Shown here: piece by piece, positions 47,946-59,390 of the stretch
Layout of the letters: each line of letters begins with the position of its first letter
Position numbering within the stretch: the stretch's first letter is position 1
Origin: Anthoceros angustus
Taxonomy: Eukaryota; Plantae; Anthocerotophyta
Assembly (NCBI GenBank): GCA_010909165.1
Contig: MU008163.1
Location: forward strand, 496,001-560,000
Length of the DNA stretch: 64,000 bases
Direction: 5' to 3'
Made by a program: the position numbers and the translations under genes
Notes under the pieces: model-generated
Database searches by the model: none
What the model saw: the letters and a program-made list of their open reading frames with translations, nothing else
Told to the model about the DNA's origin: nothing

Positions 47946-50308
47946 TTATACTTTCACGTCGAGGCCGCAGAGGAAGTAGACCAGGGCCTGGAGGTAGAGA
48001 TACAGTCTGAGAGGCCGGTAGGCTCTGGAAGGAGGAGCAAGGGAGGAACAGATGAAGAGGTACAGGCCGACGAGAAGCTCCGGAATGAACATGGTTGCCG
48101 GTCTGGACACGGACTCGTCAGAAGCAGGTTCACGTAATAATTTGCAGCGCAGGGCAGGATTAAGTAGCGGAATCAGTTTTCCTTTACCTGGATTGTTTCT
48201 TGGACTTTTGGCCATCCCCTCCCTTCTCTGTCACAACCCATTCGGTGGTGAAGCCGAAGCAGGCGATAACGGAGTCTTTGGCTCTTACAAATCCCCGCAC
48301 ATTCTCGAAGAGAATCCAAAGCAACGACAGGTGCACATACCTGCCAGAAAAGACAAGACTTACTTACAGTCGGTTTCTTGTTTCTGACAGCAGATGCAAA
48401 GGGATGGTGTAGGTCAATCACCTGGGCGTCGTGATGGCGATTTTTAGGGTCTGGACCAGGAACGGAGACAGCAAGATAATCTTGGAAGCTTGAATCTCTG
48501 GGAAGTGGAGTAGCACTGGACATGCGACGCAGGAGAGGAGCACTGCGGCGATGTGCTCGTAAATCATGAGGTTGAAGAAGGAGACTGCGAGGAAGTACTT
48601 TGAGGCGGGATCTAAGACCTGGAGCACAGCAGAGAGCACGAATGCGCCATCAGCTGTGGTTTCTTCAAGAAGGAAGCTCGCGTCGGAGAGGCTGAGGCTT
48701 TAACCTTGCTGTTGAGGATGTCACGAATGTGAATCTTGTAGAGATTCATCACTCCATTGGCCAGCCGATTGCATTGCAGGCGGAATCCCTTGTACGAGTG
48801 TGCCAGCTCCGCGACAGACTGCGCAAGGAAAACATGGCGGAAGATCCATCATGAGACGTACAAGGCCAGGACGGTGACGGTGACGGTGGCAGTACAGAGA
48901 CCGAGACAGGAGGCGTCAAGCCTGCAGGCGTGACAGTAGCGGGGGCAGAGAACGAGCCTACAATACATACATACATGTAAGTCATTCAGGTAGACGGATT
49001 TCCACCCCTTGAGCAGCACGGAGATGCTTAAGTCGACATCCTCCACGAGAACTCGGCTTTTCCAGCCGCCCGCGTCCTGGATGGCCGCCATCCGCCATAG
49101 GCCGCCGCTGCCGAAGAAGTTGGCATAGCCAAAGAAAGCGGATCCTACAGGGTCCAGCAAACCGAAGTAATTGGCGAAAAAGATGACCTGGAACCGGGTT
49201 AGGAGGCCCGCAGTCTCATTCCCTGCAGCGTGCAAGAAAAACGAATGTCAGCATCCGCATCGCAATAAAGCAATCTGCCGCTGCTGGGGAAATGCAAGCC
49301 GATTTCAGCTTCCAACCACACCACAGGAGCCGTACTGAATGACCAGTTGGTGATGACGGAGCCGAGCTCCCGGTTGTGCACAAGGAATGGCACTGTGCGC
49401 TCCAGGAAATCGGACGGAGGCTGGAAATCCGCGTCAAAGAGTGCTACAAATTCGCATTCCTGAGCATCAGATTGCGTCAGCCCGTGCGCAAGATTGCCCG
49501 CCTTGTAGCCTGACCTGCCGGTCCGGGTCACGCGCTTGATGTTCACGCCTCTCCCGCGCCAGGCCTCGCACTCCTTCCTGATCAGCTCCTGCAGGTTGCA
49601 ACAAATCCAGCAACATCAGCATTCGCATTTAGGAGCACCTCGGCTGTGAGAGCAATTTGCAAAAAGATTTCATTTTCTCGAGCACCTTTGCGGCATCCTC
49701 GGTGGAATCATCCAGCACTTGGATGAGCAGCTTGTCTCTCGGCCAGGCCAGTCCGCAGGCGGCACCGATGGAGATCTTGTACACCTGCAACAAGAGCAAC
49801 AATGAAGGGAAAGGGAGCTGCGTTTTCCACAGTCGAGATGCGAAGCTCACGATTCCGAACAGGGAAGTCTCTCTCACACCTCCTTCTCATTGTACATCGG
49901 CAACTGCACTAGGACCCTGGGGAAGGCGGAGCCGGCATCCTCGTTCTTCAGCGGGTGGAATTTGCACAGCTTTTCTGCTCTTCTGCCCGGCCTCTTCGAG
50001 AACAGCAGCAGTATCACCAGCCACAGCCTGTCTAAGTAAACGAGGCCGATGTAGACGGAGCAGATGGTGACCAACGCCTGCAGCACTGGGACGGTCCATG
50101 CCAGAGCTGCCATGACCCCGCGGACACAGCCGACAGCTGTGGCGTGGGCGGACAGCCAGGCTGCAGGATTGAACGCCATAGCTGCATTCAGCAAGCGAAC
50201 AACCATTCCGCTTACAGCCCTGAAAGGATGTTGTGGGGGATATAAATTATCCCACATTGGGGAGGCTGTCACCTCTTGTTTATGTACATACGACCTTCTA
50301 CCATTCAT
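47946..50308 (-). CDS. CSLA: CSLA-like GT2 (mannan synthase family), ~549 aa, divergent catalytic motifs
   Basis: 'VLVQLPMYNEKEVY..SIGAACGLAWP', 'QVLDDST', 'GYKAG', 'FDADFQP', 'WILFENV', 'EWVVTEK'. Eight GT-AG exons: 50308-49880, 49784-49686, 49588-49336, 49222-48975, 48818-48705, 48618-48422, 48340-48188, 48102-47946. Confidence 0.9.
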
Positions 50309-50618
50309 GGGTCGGAAGGCTCCTGTAGGTGCTTGACAACGCGTGGGTGTAAGTTATCTTGCACCCAGAACCCTAAACCCCAGGTCCTCGAGGCCCACAC
50401 TAAGATGTGTTGAACGCCAATTGGTTACCGGGGGTTTCTTCCACGTCTTCCCCCTGTCAGAAAAAAGCTGTGATGCCTTGTCTCGTACCTGCACGGTTTG
50501 TTGAATTCATAGCGCAAGCGGGGAGGAGCTCGTGGTTCGCCGCCTGCTTCTCGAGTCCCTTGCGCACATCCCTTCCGTTTTGAAGGATTTCTGGAGGAGA
50601 GAGAATTCGGTGTTTCTG

Positions 50619-53040
50619 ATGGAGTGCTTGCTGAGTGGGAATGAGATCAAGTCCCTGCACCGGAGTGTAGCTTGCCTAACTCGGATTGGGCACGAGCTGC
50701 TGTTCGAGGCTTTTCCTGACAAGGTTGGTGGTGATGCTTTGCCGGTGGGTTTTGGTTTTGTCTTGCTCAGTGAGGCCCTAATCGTGGTGCTGCTTGTAGC
50801 TCAGGCTTGAAACGATCAACACTGCAAAGTCTGCTTCCCTGACTGTGTCGTTCAGGGCTCAGTTTTTTGACGTTTATCAGGTGTCCGGCCCGGTTGCGAA
50901 ATGTCGAGTTTTGTTGAAGGTGAGGATCTTGTGTTTCGTCCTCTTCCTTCGAGGATACACTCGAAGACAGAGGCTGAATTGGGTTGTTTGTCAGTCCGTG
51001 TGTTCGGTGTTTCGAACGCCTCCAGGCAGTATGGGGAGGCTGTCCATCAGCCTCCCGGAGCAGGATGCAAACAAGTTACAGTGGACTGTGGAGTGTTACA
51101 ATGGTAAGGGTCCTCGAGTAGCCTGGCTTTTCTCGAGCATGTTTTGTTCTGTGGAGGTGAAGAGAATTGACGCGTTTGTTATGTTGACTGGAATGATTGC
51201 AGGCTTGAGGAAAACCTACTGGATATCGTGTCAAGAGGACACCACCAACCAGCATGTGGCAGTTGATCGCAACAGCCTTCCTAGCTACCTTGTGGTGAGA
51301 CCGAAGGATCTCAACCGGTTGCTTGGAAATTTTCAATCCTCGCTTCAGGAGCTGACATTGATTGCGACGGAGCCCTCTGACACGCCCTCGGAGTCGGGTG
51401 CTGGAGCAGAGACGAAGGCGATTGAACTGAGGAGCTACACAGACCTTGTTAAAGGTGAGTAGATGTATGCACTTAGGAGTAGCGTGCGAATAGAGTACAA
51501 GTCTGTTAGCTGACTTTCATTTCGCATGGCTGGGGTTGCAGAGTCGACAGACGGTGGGGCATTGCATACGCAACTTTGGATAGACCCTGCAGAGGAGCTT
51601 CAGACATATTCTCACGTGGGAGTTGCAGTAGATGTCACCTTCAGTCTAAAGGAACTGAAGGTATGTTACAGTGGACCTTTAAATGTCTTTCGTAGCCACT
51701 GGGTAGCCACTTTCATGTCTGGAGACGGGGTCTCTTCAAACTCGGAATCCTATGTCTCATCAGTAGGTTCATGACATGCAGGCTTTTCTGGCATTCTGTG
51801 AAGGATCTGAGGCCGATATGCAATTTAACTTCGAGAAGGCCGGCAGGTATCTATCGTGGCCTTGCGCACCTTGTACTTGTCATAACCAGCAGATGCAGTG
51901 ATGGCAAGCCCCTGGTGTTCTGTACTTGTTTGTAGGCCTATTTTACTGTCACCGAAGTTGGGCATGGATAATGCTCATGTGGATTTTGATGCATCGCTAG
52001 TCTTGGCGACCATGCTTTCTTCTCAACTTCACACAGAAGCTAGCCAAGATCAAATTGGAAATGCAGCGGGTGATTTGCGGAGAGCACCACAGGGAAATGG
52101 ACAAAGGAACACAGCATCGAACAACATTGGTCACAGGGATGCTTCATCTACACCAGGCTCTGGAGAGAGAAGTGACCATACTGCTGTCTGGTCAGAGCTA
52201 TCTGGTAAGAAACGCATATCGCCCGCAATGGTGACTTGCGCTAGTAAGAAACATATCCTGACTTCCACCAGTTTGAATCGGGTTGCAGGAAGTGGGGCTC
52301 GAACCAGCACGGGTGGTGTCCGACAGCATCGAAGGGTCAACCCTCAGATGTCGGCTAACGGTGATGCTAGCGAAGATGGACACAGGGCCTTCAATGCCCA
52401 CTCAGGTTCAGCAAGAGCCTGTGAACCGTATCCTCCTGCTGCGCTTGTGTGTGTGTGCGAGGCACTGTTGGGATGATTCGTCACGACCGGTTGTTGGATT
52501 TTGTTTTTGTACTCTCCTTATTGTCTGCAATTTACAGCCAACATTCCTCCCAAGGTGATCGTCCCCATCAACAGGAGGACGCAATCCCTGCAGTCGCTGA
52601 ATATCCTGTCCCAGGTAAGTGTGCTGGAAACTCTGCTATTCGAAACTCAATGTTGCATTGTGTGGCTTGGATGCTTTTCTTGAACATCGCTCTGCCTAAG
52701 CGCTGAACTTTGTGGGTCGTCTTGATACTTTTGGTGCAGCCGGACGATGGCAACATGACGCCCCAGAACTGCACATGGACGTCGCGAACCAACATTTTGG
52801 GAATCAGGGTGCTGAGGACGAGGGTGAGTTCTGTATACGGTCGACTCCACCGGATAAGAGACACGAATATGATTAACCCGATGTTGAAACTTGTATTTCA
52901 TTACTGGGTTCTCCAAATTGTTTCATCATATTCCCACGAATCTGATTTAGAATCTTTTCGCCAGGTGGCTCCTGTCACAGGACGACGGATCCATCTGGCG
53001 AATTTTCTGGACACGTCCAAAACCAGCGTTTCTTCTTAGC
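50619..53040 (+). CDS. RAD9: RAD9 checkpoint clamp subunit (9-1-1 complex); 3' end approximate
   Basis: 'MECLLSGNEIKSLHRSVACLTRIGHELLFEA', 'GLRKTYWISC', 'RPKDLNRLLGNFQSSLQELTLIATEP', 'LHTQLWIDPAEE', 'TFSLKELKAFLAFCE', 'SLVLATMLSSQL', with GT-AG introns. Confidence 0.88.
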
Positions 53041-54168
53041 TCTAACGCGTCCGACACATGTACAAGCTGTGGTTAACGCAGTGCCGGGTTCCACGGGCGA
53101 AGCCCCATCTCTATTGGCCAGTACATTGAGCAGGGAGTGGCTGCCGTGGTGGGGCCGCTGCTCTAACTAGAGAGCCCGTTACTTTACCAGCTTTCGCCTC
53201 GGGAACCGGGCGCCACCAGGCACGCTGGTGCAAAACGCAGTCTGGTACGCGGTTGTCGCCGCCGAATTCTGAGACGCGCGCATTTCGCGTCTCAACGAGT
53301 CCTTGCGTTGCCCTTCCCTTGTTTGAAGCTTCTTTTCGTTTCTTTGGCACTTCAATGGCGAATCTTTGCCAATTGTCCAGCACTCTTTTCATCGATTCAA
53401 ACGTGAGACGTGCAGCAGGTGAAGATGCAGCTCGAGAAGGTGGTGTGGCTGTCGAGTTATTTGGCCTAAAAATTAGATTAAAAATAAAATTCGTCAGGAA
53501 GGACTCGATTTGAGGCTCTCCGTTGTCCTGGGGTTAACCTTACGAAACGAAGGTACGAACGAAGGTATGGAATACGTAATAGGGCGTGTGATTGTTGAGT
53601 TTTTTAGTTATGGAATACGTAATAGGGCGTGTCATTGTTGAGTTTTTTAATAGGATTTACTTAGCCCGAAACAAAGTAAATACTTAAGTATTCTTGAAAT
53701 ACTTAGCGTATTGGATTTAAACAAATCCATTTGGATACTCCCTAGTACATTTGCGGATCCACGATCCGCTGTGGCGCGATGCTTCTCCCCTCCTTCACAA
53801 CCACCATGTGCCCAAGGGCATCCTTGGTATGTCTTCATCGCCCGCCCTTCTCCTCTCTTTTGGCCACTACAGCTTTGTTTGCCTATCCTTGTTCTTGCCA
53901 CGCCACGGCAACGGTGGCAATAGCTTTAGCAGATTTCGGTGAGCAACGCACCGAAAATAGGAGGGACAACCCGATGATGATCCAGCTGGTAGAAGAATAT
54001 TGCAGTAGTTTTCACAAGTAAAGAAAGACAGAATTCAAGATAAATATACACAATGTTGCAGCTTGCGGGTCCCGATCCGGAGTATAGGCCTTTCAAGCAA
54101 CAGCTAGGCAACGGTGCCAACTCGCAAGCCAGAAATTCAGATCTCCGGATTTGATCTAGCCAAGATCG

Positions 54169-56460
54169 GTGGCCAAGAATTCGAAGGCCAAGGATTCCAA
54201 AGAAGTTTTAGTCGCCATGCCTTATTTTTCCCACAGAGAACAGTTTCTTCTAGATCTAGAAAAGATATTGGCATTTGCAAGCATGTTGAGCGACACCTCT
54301 GATGAAGAGGACTCATTAGCTTCAGAGGAAGAAGGTCTTGCTGAATTGTACATGCTTGCTCAAGCTTCAAGGTTTGTAAATGCAAAGGCCAAGCGACATC
54401 GGCCTATATACTATTGGTGGTCCACTTTATCTAACACGCATCCACATGAGTTTACGCAGCTACTTCATACTTGTGGACAAGGGAAGAACGTTAGACTCCC
54501 CCTTATGAAGGTAAATAAGAGTTTTTTTTTTGTGTTTGGTGTGAAGAATAAGGCGATATACAAGGAAAATAATGTTGAACTGGCCTAGCCGCGGAAAAAC
54601 GGGGAAGGTCCGGGGTAAGGGCCTCGCTAGGCAATGTCGGGAACTCCTTAGTAACTTCAGAGTGACTCCGGAGCGACTTCGGAGCGACCCCGAAGGAGCT
54701 CCGGCACAGACCTGAGTGAAGTCCGGAGGAAGGAGAGGCCTTTGGGTTGGGCGTAGGGGTGTAATTTGGTAAGAACGACACGTGGACAGTGACGAGTGAA
54801 TGACTGTGATTTTTCTTTTGGGGTTGATGCCGCGTTGTACATTCATGCTCCTGAGAGTCAAGTGTTAGCACGAGTCCCGAGTCACCGGTGGGCGGACTAC
54901 TCCGGAGAGAACTATCCAAGTTCTGGTCACAAACCCCCTAACGTGTGGAGGTGATTGCAGGTGTGGAGAAGCCACGACCCTTGCTCTTCAAGGGCAGGAC
55001 ATCGATGGCGATGGGAGGCGGGTGAAGGCGATCACGAGAGGGTGTATAGAGCCCGGCGGGCGGACGCGAACGCGAAGGCGATCACGAGAGGGTGTATAGA
55101 GCCCAGGCCCGGATGGACAGCGAACACGAACGCGAAGGCGATCACGAAGAGGTGTATAGAGCCCGAACTGGATGAACCGGCGCGAACAGCGGAGGCTGCA
55201 ACACAGCCTCACCGGACGCTGGCGCTAAACCGAGCACCGTAAGGTGCAGGCAAGATGACAAAGTAGACGCGAGAAAGTCCCTGGGCGAGAGAGACAACCG
55301 ACGGAACGATCCTTAAACGTTCGGCCATACCGGGCCTGTATGGCAGTGTAATTGTGGAACATGAGGGAAGGTGAGCGGAGGTTACAAAGTAGGCGATACG
55401 GGCGGTGGTATGGTTGGCTCCGGGGCTATAACCTTCGAGCGCTGATGATACAAAGGGTGGTACGTACTCCGGTCCGGTTTGTTGGAAGGGTAGATCGATA
55501 CCTTGAGTGCCGTCTCTAGTCCTACGCTCGGGCATTCCGGCGCTCTCCCTAATAGCGTCCGAGCGAAGGGTCATGGCTTCGTGAATCGTTTTCCCCCTCC
55601 CGTAAGCGTGGAACTGCTGTAAGAGTTTCCGGTTGCAGTAGGAAGAGGGTAAGTTAGGAGTCCAGAGTAGGGAAATAGTAAGCAAACGGAAGGATCATTC
55701 CCTTGGGACCAAACCCCGTACTACACGACACGCGATTAGTGCACGCCCGGCTGGTCGTCAGCGAAAGTTCCACCACAATACTCCACATCGGGGATTCACA
55801 TCACTCTGCAACATTCTATGTCACAACCAAGTGTTCTTTGACAACTCCAATTGCTCCCAAAGTCAAGGTACTTGGCAACTAGCAGTGACATTATGCAGGT
55901 TGCGTGCTGCAAGAAATGGAGCAAGCATTGCTAAGATAAACCTTCAGATTGTATATGATGTCGACAAGCGCATTATATCTCTACATTTTGGATGTCCAGG
56001 ATCTAATCATGATGCTAATGCATATCAAAGAATGCATGTCTACAAGAATCTTGCCTCACACTTTTGTGGAAGGTAATATATTTTGGGTGATTCGACATAT
56101 TCTTTATTACAGTTTTGTGTTCTAGCTTATAGAGCTCTGGCATGTCGAGAGAATGTAGAGTTCAATTATTGTTTGTCTAAAAGCAGAGTACGAAATGCGT
56201 ATTGCATTGGAATTTTGAGGTCTAGATGGGGTTCATTACGGGATCTTTGACGCCAAGTGAAACAAGCAGAAAATATCAAACGGATTGGAGGATGGGTTGT
56301 AGCATGTCGCACAACATGCTTGCCAACCTTGGAGATGCATGGTTAGAATTGCATCTAGATGAGGAATATGAGTTACTGGTATTAAATAACTCAGACGACC
56401 ACTCAAATATTACAGTACACAACTTTAGAGAAATTCTAAAAGACAAAGTCTTATACTAGA
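54169..56460 (+). pseudogene. Harbinger transposase pseudogene, interrupted at ~54573-55775
   Basis: N-terminus at 54169-54570, catalytic motifs at 55830-56460 with stops and frameshifts. Confidence 0.8.
54573..55775 (+). mobile_element. Probable solo LTR (~1.2 kb) with three ~60-bp internal repeats
   Basis: TGTTGAACT...AGTTCCACCA ends; gaaggcgatcacga.agggtgtatagagccc x3 at 55023-55165; the end resembles 41660-41760. TSD is imperfect. Confidence 0.6.
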
Positions 56461-57299
56461 ATTATCATACAGGTGGACTTCTTTTCACACGATTGTAATC
56501 AAGTTGTAGTTTCGGAAGTAATTCTAGATTCAAAAACCATTATAGACATATGGTGGTGTAGAGCTCACCGAGCAGAACTCAATGGAATATAGCACATTCT
56601 TAGACATTGAGCAGTTTGTGACTGAATAAGTGTTAAAGCTCTATGAAACCTTCATTGAACATATGGACTTGGATGCCCATGTTGAAAATAAAATTAACTT
56701 GGATGCTTTCACTCAAAGTGCATGCAGGCCTGCTGGACATAGTGTGCATGCACGGACTAAACGAAAGATGTCTACCTTACCATCTTCAACCTCCGCTCAC
56801 AAAACTAAGACAACCACTGCCACAAAAGATAATAGACGAACACCTTCAAAGCTTGATGCAGGGTCTAATGCGCGGGATGCTAGGACCACAAACTCCTTTG
56901 GGAATGCCTTCCACCTAGCCACCAAGGTTAAAGCTGAGAGTAATGTATGCTATCCAATACATGTATGAATTTTTTCTCCAGTTTGTGTCACAACTTTTTG
57001 TTCCTAGTGTTTGGATAGGTCGACAAGCAACTGCGCAAAAAAAAAAATTGCATAAGAGAAAGAATGATTTGAGCTGAAGCAAGCCACATTGTGTGAGGAA
57101 AGACAAGCCAAGCACCACGAATTTGAGCTGCAACATGCTGCTCTAAGAGAAGAGCGACAAATGAGGTTAGAAATTGCCAAAGAGAAAACATCACAAAGTT
57201 AGAAATAAAACGAATGGACCTTTGGAAGTCCAATTTTAGATGTAAAATTAGAAACAAAGGACCTTAAAGACATCATTGAAAAGGTGGAGAAAAACTTTA

Positions 57300-58010
57300 G
57301 CTATGATGTTGTTAAATCTGATGAGGGTGGATAAGCTCTTCCTCAACAACCACACGGCTTGAACCCTCCAAATTGATGAGCTCTTGGGTTGGCTGTGGAA
57401 TGTCTTCCTCCTAAAATTCTATGTTTATAGGCTCACCATGCAAACGTGAGGTGAAGTCATCATCAAGTGACATTTGCAGTTGTCCTCCAGATGTGCCCTC
57501 TATGCCATGCTCGTACTCAAAATGGGGTTGCACATTTGCCCTTGTTGTCTAGTCGAAAAAGTACGAACATAAGAGTTTCACCTTCTCCGGCGCATAAATT
57601 CCCTTTGCTCTATCAATGTCATCTATGTCAAAACCTGTATCCCCATCGGTGCCTTTTTCTTCAGATACTTCTTTTTGTAAGTCTTCAATCTTTCCCTCGT
57701 AGCCTTGTGATCCAAGACAAGGCATCCCTTGGCTTATGTGACATGTTTTGCCATTTTTTTGTAGCCTGTTATGGATGTTGGATGGTTATGACCAAAAGAT
57801 ATCTTACCTTCCTCTCCTCATATCATAGCTGTGTTTGTAGGATTTTCCATCCAAGTAATAATGGTGTCTCAGTCTGCTAGGGTTAGATGTGTTTTTTTTT
57901 TTGTTGTAGGGTGCAATATCTTTAGAGGCAGGCAGCCCCTTTTTCCTTTTACCTCGTGACGAATATACAGAAGTTGTAGTGCTCTCCATGGTATAGCTCT
58001 GCAAAATCAT
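57300..58010 (-). pseudogene. Harbinger Myb/SANT-like DNA-binding ORF remnant
   Basis: 'KIEDLQK..EEKGTDGDTGFDIDDIDRAKGIYAPEKVKLLCSYFFD' resembles the 'TG.G.......CPYF' signature of Harbinger partner proteins. Confidence 0.55.
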
Positions 58011-58523
58011 ACGTCACTCATAAGAAAGTGAGACCAAAAACCTAATTATCGTTGCCAATTAGAAGTTGAACCTACCAAATTAGTTGAGGATGAAGGTGAT
58101 ATAAGTCATACTTGCTAAGGCGACAATGAGTGGCCAATCCATTTCATCGAGCGCCCTATCACCTCGCTTGCCCAGGCCATGCTCTGGCCGATCCATTACA
58201 TCGGGCGCCCTACCGCCTCGCTTGCCCAGGCCGCGTTGCTACCACTACGCACTACCTCCTCGCTCGCCCATGCCGTGCTCCTACCACTATGCACTACCGT
58301 CTTGCTCCTACCGCATGCGCTGCACCTCGAGTCACCCGACCACCGCGCAAGATTGCTCATACTGATCTTCATGAAAGTTAATATGCTGAGGTGGCTTGGT
58401 CTGATGCGCCGCATTGCATTTAACGCTGGAAAACCCTCCCAAACACAAATACATTGTATGTAATAAGCATTGAATCTCAACAATGACATAAGCGTCGAAT
58501 CTCAACAATGACACCCTAATAAA

Positions 58524-58696
58524 TATAAAAGGTATCATATTCCTCAGGTGTATATATGACGATGATGAGGATTGAACTCGCATCAAGTAAGTAATAGCTA
58601 AAATTACTTTATAAAAGGTATCATATTCCTCAGGTGTATATATGACGATGATGAGGATTGAACTCGCATCAAGTAAGTAATAGCTAAAATTACTTT
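58524..58696 (+). repeat. ~85-bp tandem duplication x2
   Basis: ataaaaggtatcatattcctcaggtg...gctaaaattacttt occurs twice. Confidence 0.9.
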
Positions 58697-59390
58697 CTAC
58701 CAAACTACGAGGGCACAGCACAGCACAACTGGAACGAGCTCAACTGAAAATTCAACAATCCATACATAAGCTTTTAAGCCCGATACCCGGGCATGGGCAT
58801 AGATCGCAACACGGGCATTGGAAAGAAGCTATGGCATGGACTTGTTGAGGAGCCCATATGTACACCGGAACGAAGAGCGCCCGCCTCGGCCAATGGTGGG
58901 CCCCTTTGTTTAGGGGGCGTCCGTATTGAGTTTGAGTTGGTAAGGCATAGCTGTCGATGTACCCATTGGACAGTATGTACCTATCTGTATCTCTTCTGCG
59001 CGCATCTTCGTTGCAGAACCCATTTTGCCTTTTACCCCTCCAAGAAAACGGGTCACTTGGAACATGCCATCTTCGCTTCTGCCGAGGTGCCAGTCAGATG
59101 CACATGCATCCAACACCGTAAGCCATCAGAGCCATCTTATGCGAAAATGTGGCATTCCAACAAGCTGCATTACCCTAATGGGGGCACAGTAATGTGATCG
59201 CTTTCCACCAATTGATATTCCGAGATGGCGGCATCGGCATACATGTTGCTCCCAATTCAGAGCAACGCCGAACCCTTTCTTCTCATTCATCTGTTCAGAT
59301 TCCGCAAGCCCCTCCAGTTGCCTGGGACAGCCGCTTGGGGCCTCACCTACTTCAGCACTATCCTATGGGCCTCACTTTCATGGATATTTG

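Larger units (their letters stand above)
53530..58781. mobile_element. Decayed PIF/Harbinger DNA transposon (boundaries tentative)
   Basis: DDE_Tnp_4 motifs on + ('INLQIVYD...GCPGSNHDA', 'ILGDSTY', 'FNYCLSKSRV', 'HNML'). Myb/SANT-like partner on - at ~57300-58010. Weak inverted ends GGGGTTAACCTTACG / GGGCTTAAAAGCTTATG. Confidence 0.75.

Noticed and set aside
58910-59130. Frame ending '...RRRDTDRY...QYGRP*' and 'SHKMALMAYG' as a detached GRP-type DYW tail of the PPR
   Set aside because: No HxE or CxxC motifs, the spacing is wrong, there is an in-frame stop, and no splice path is evident. Probably chance.
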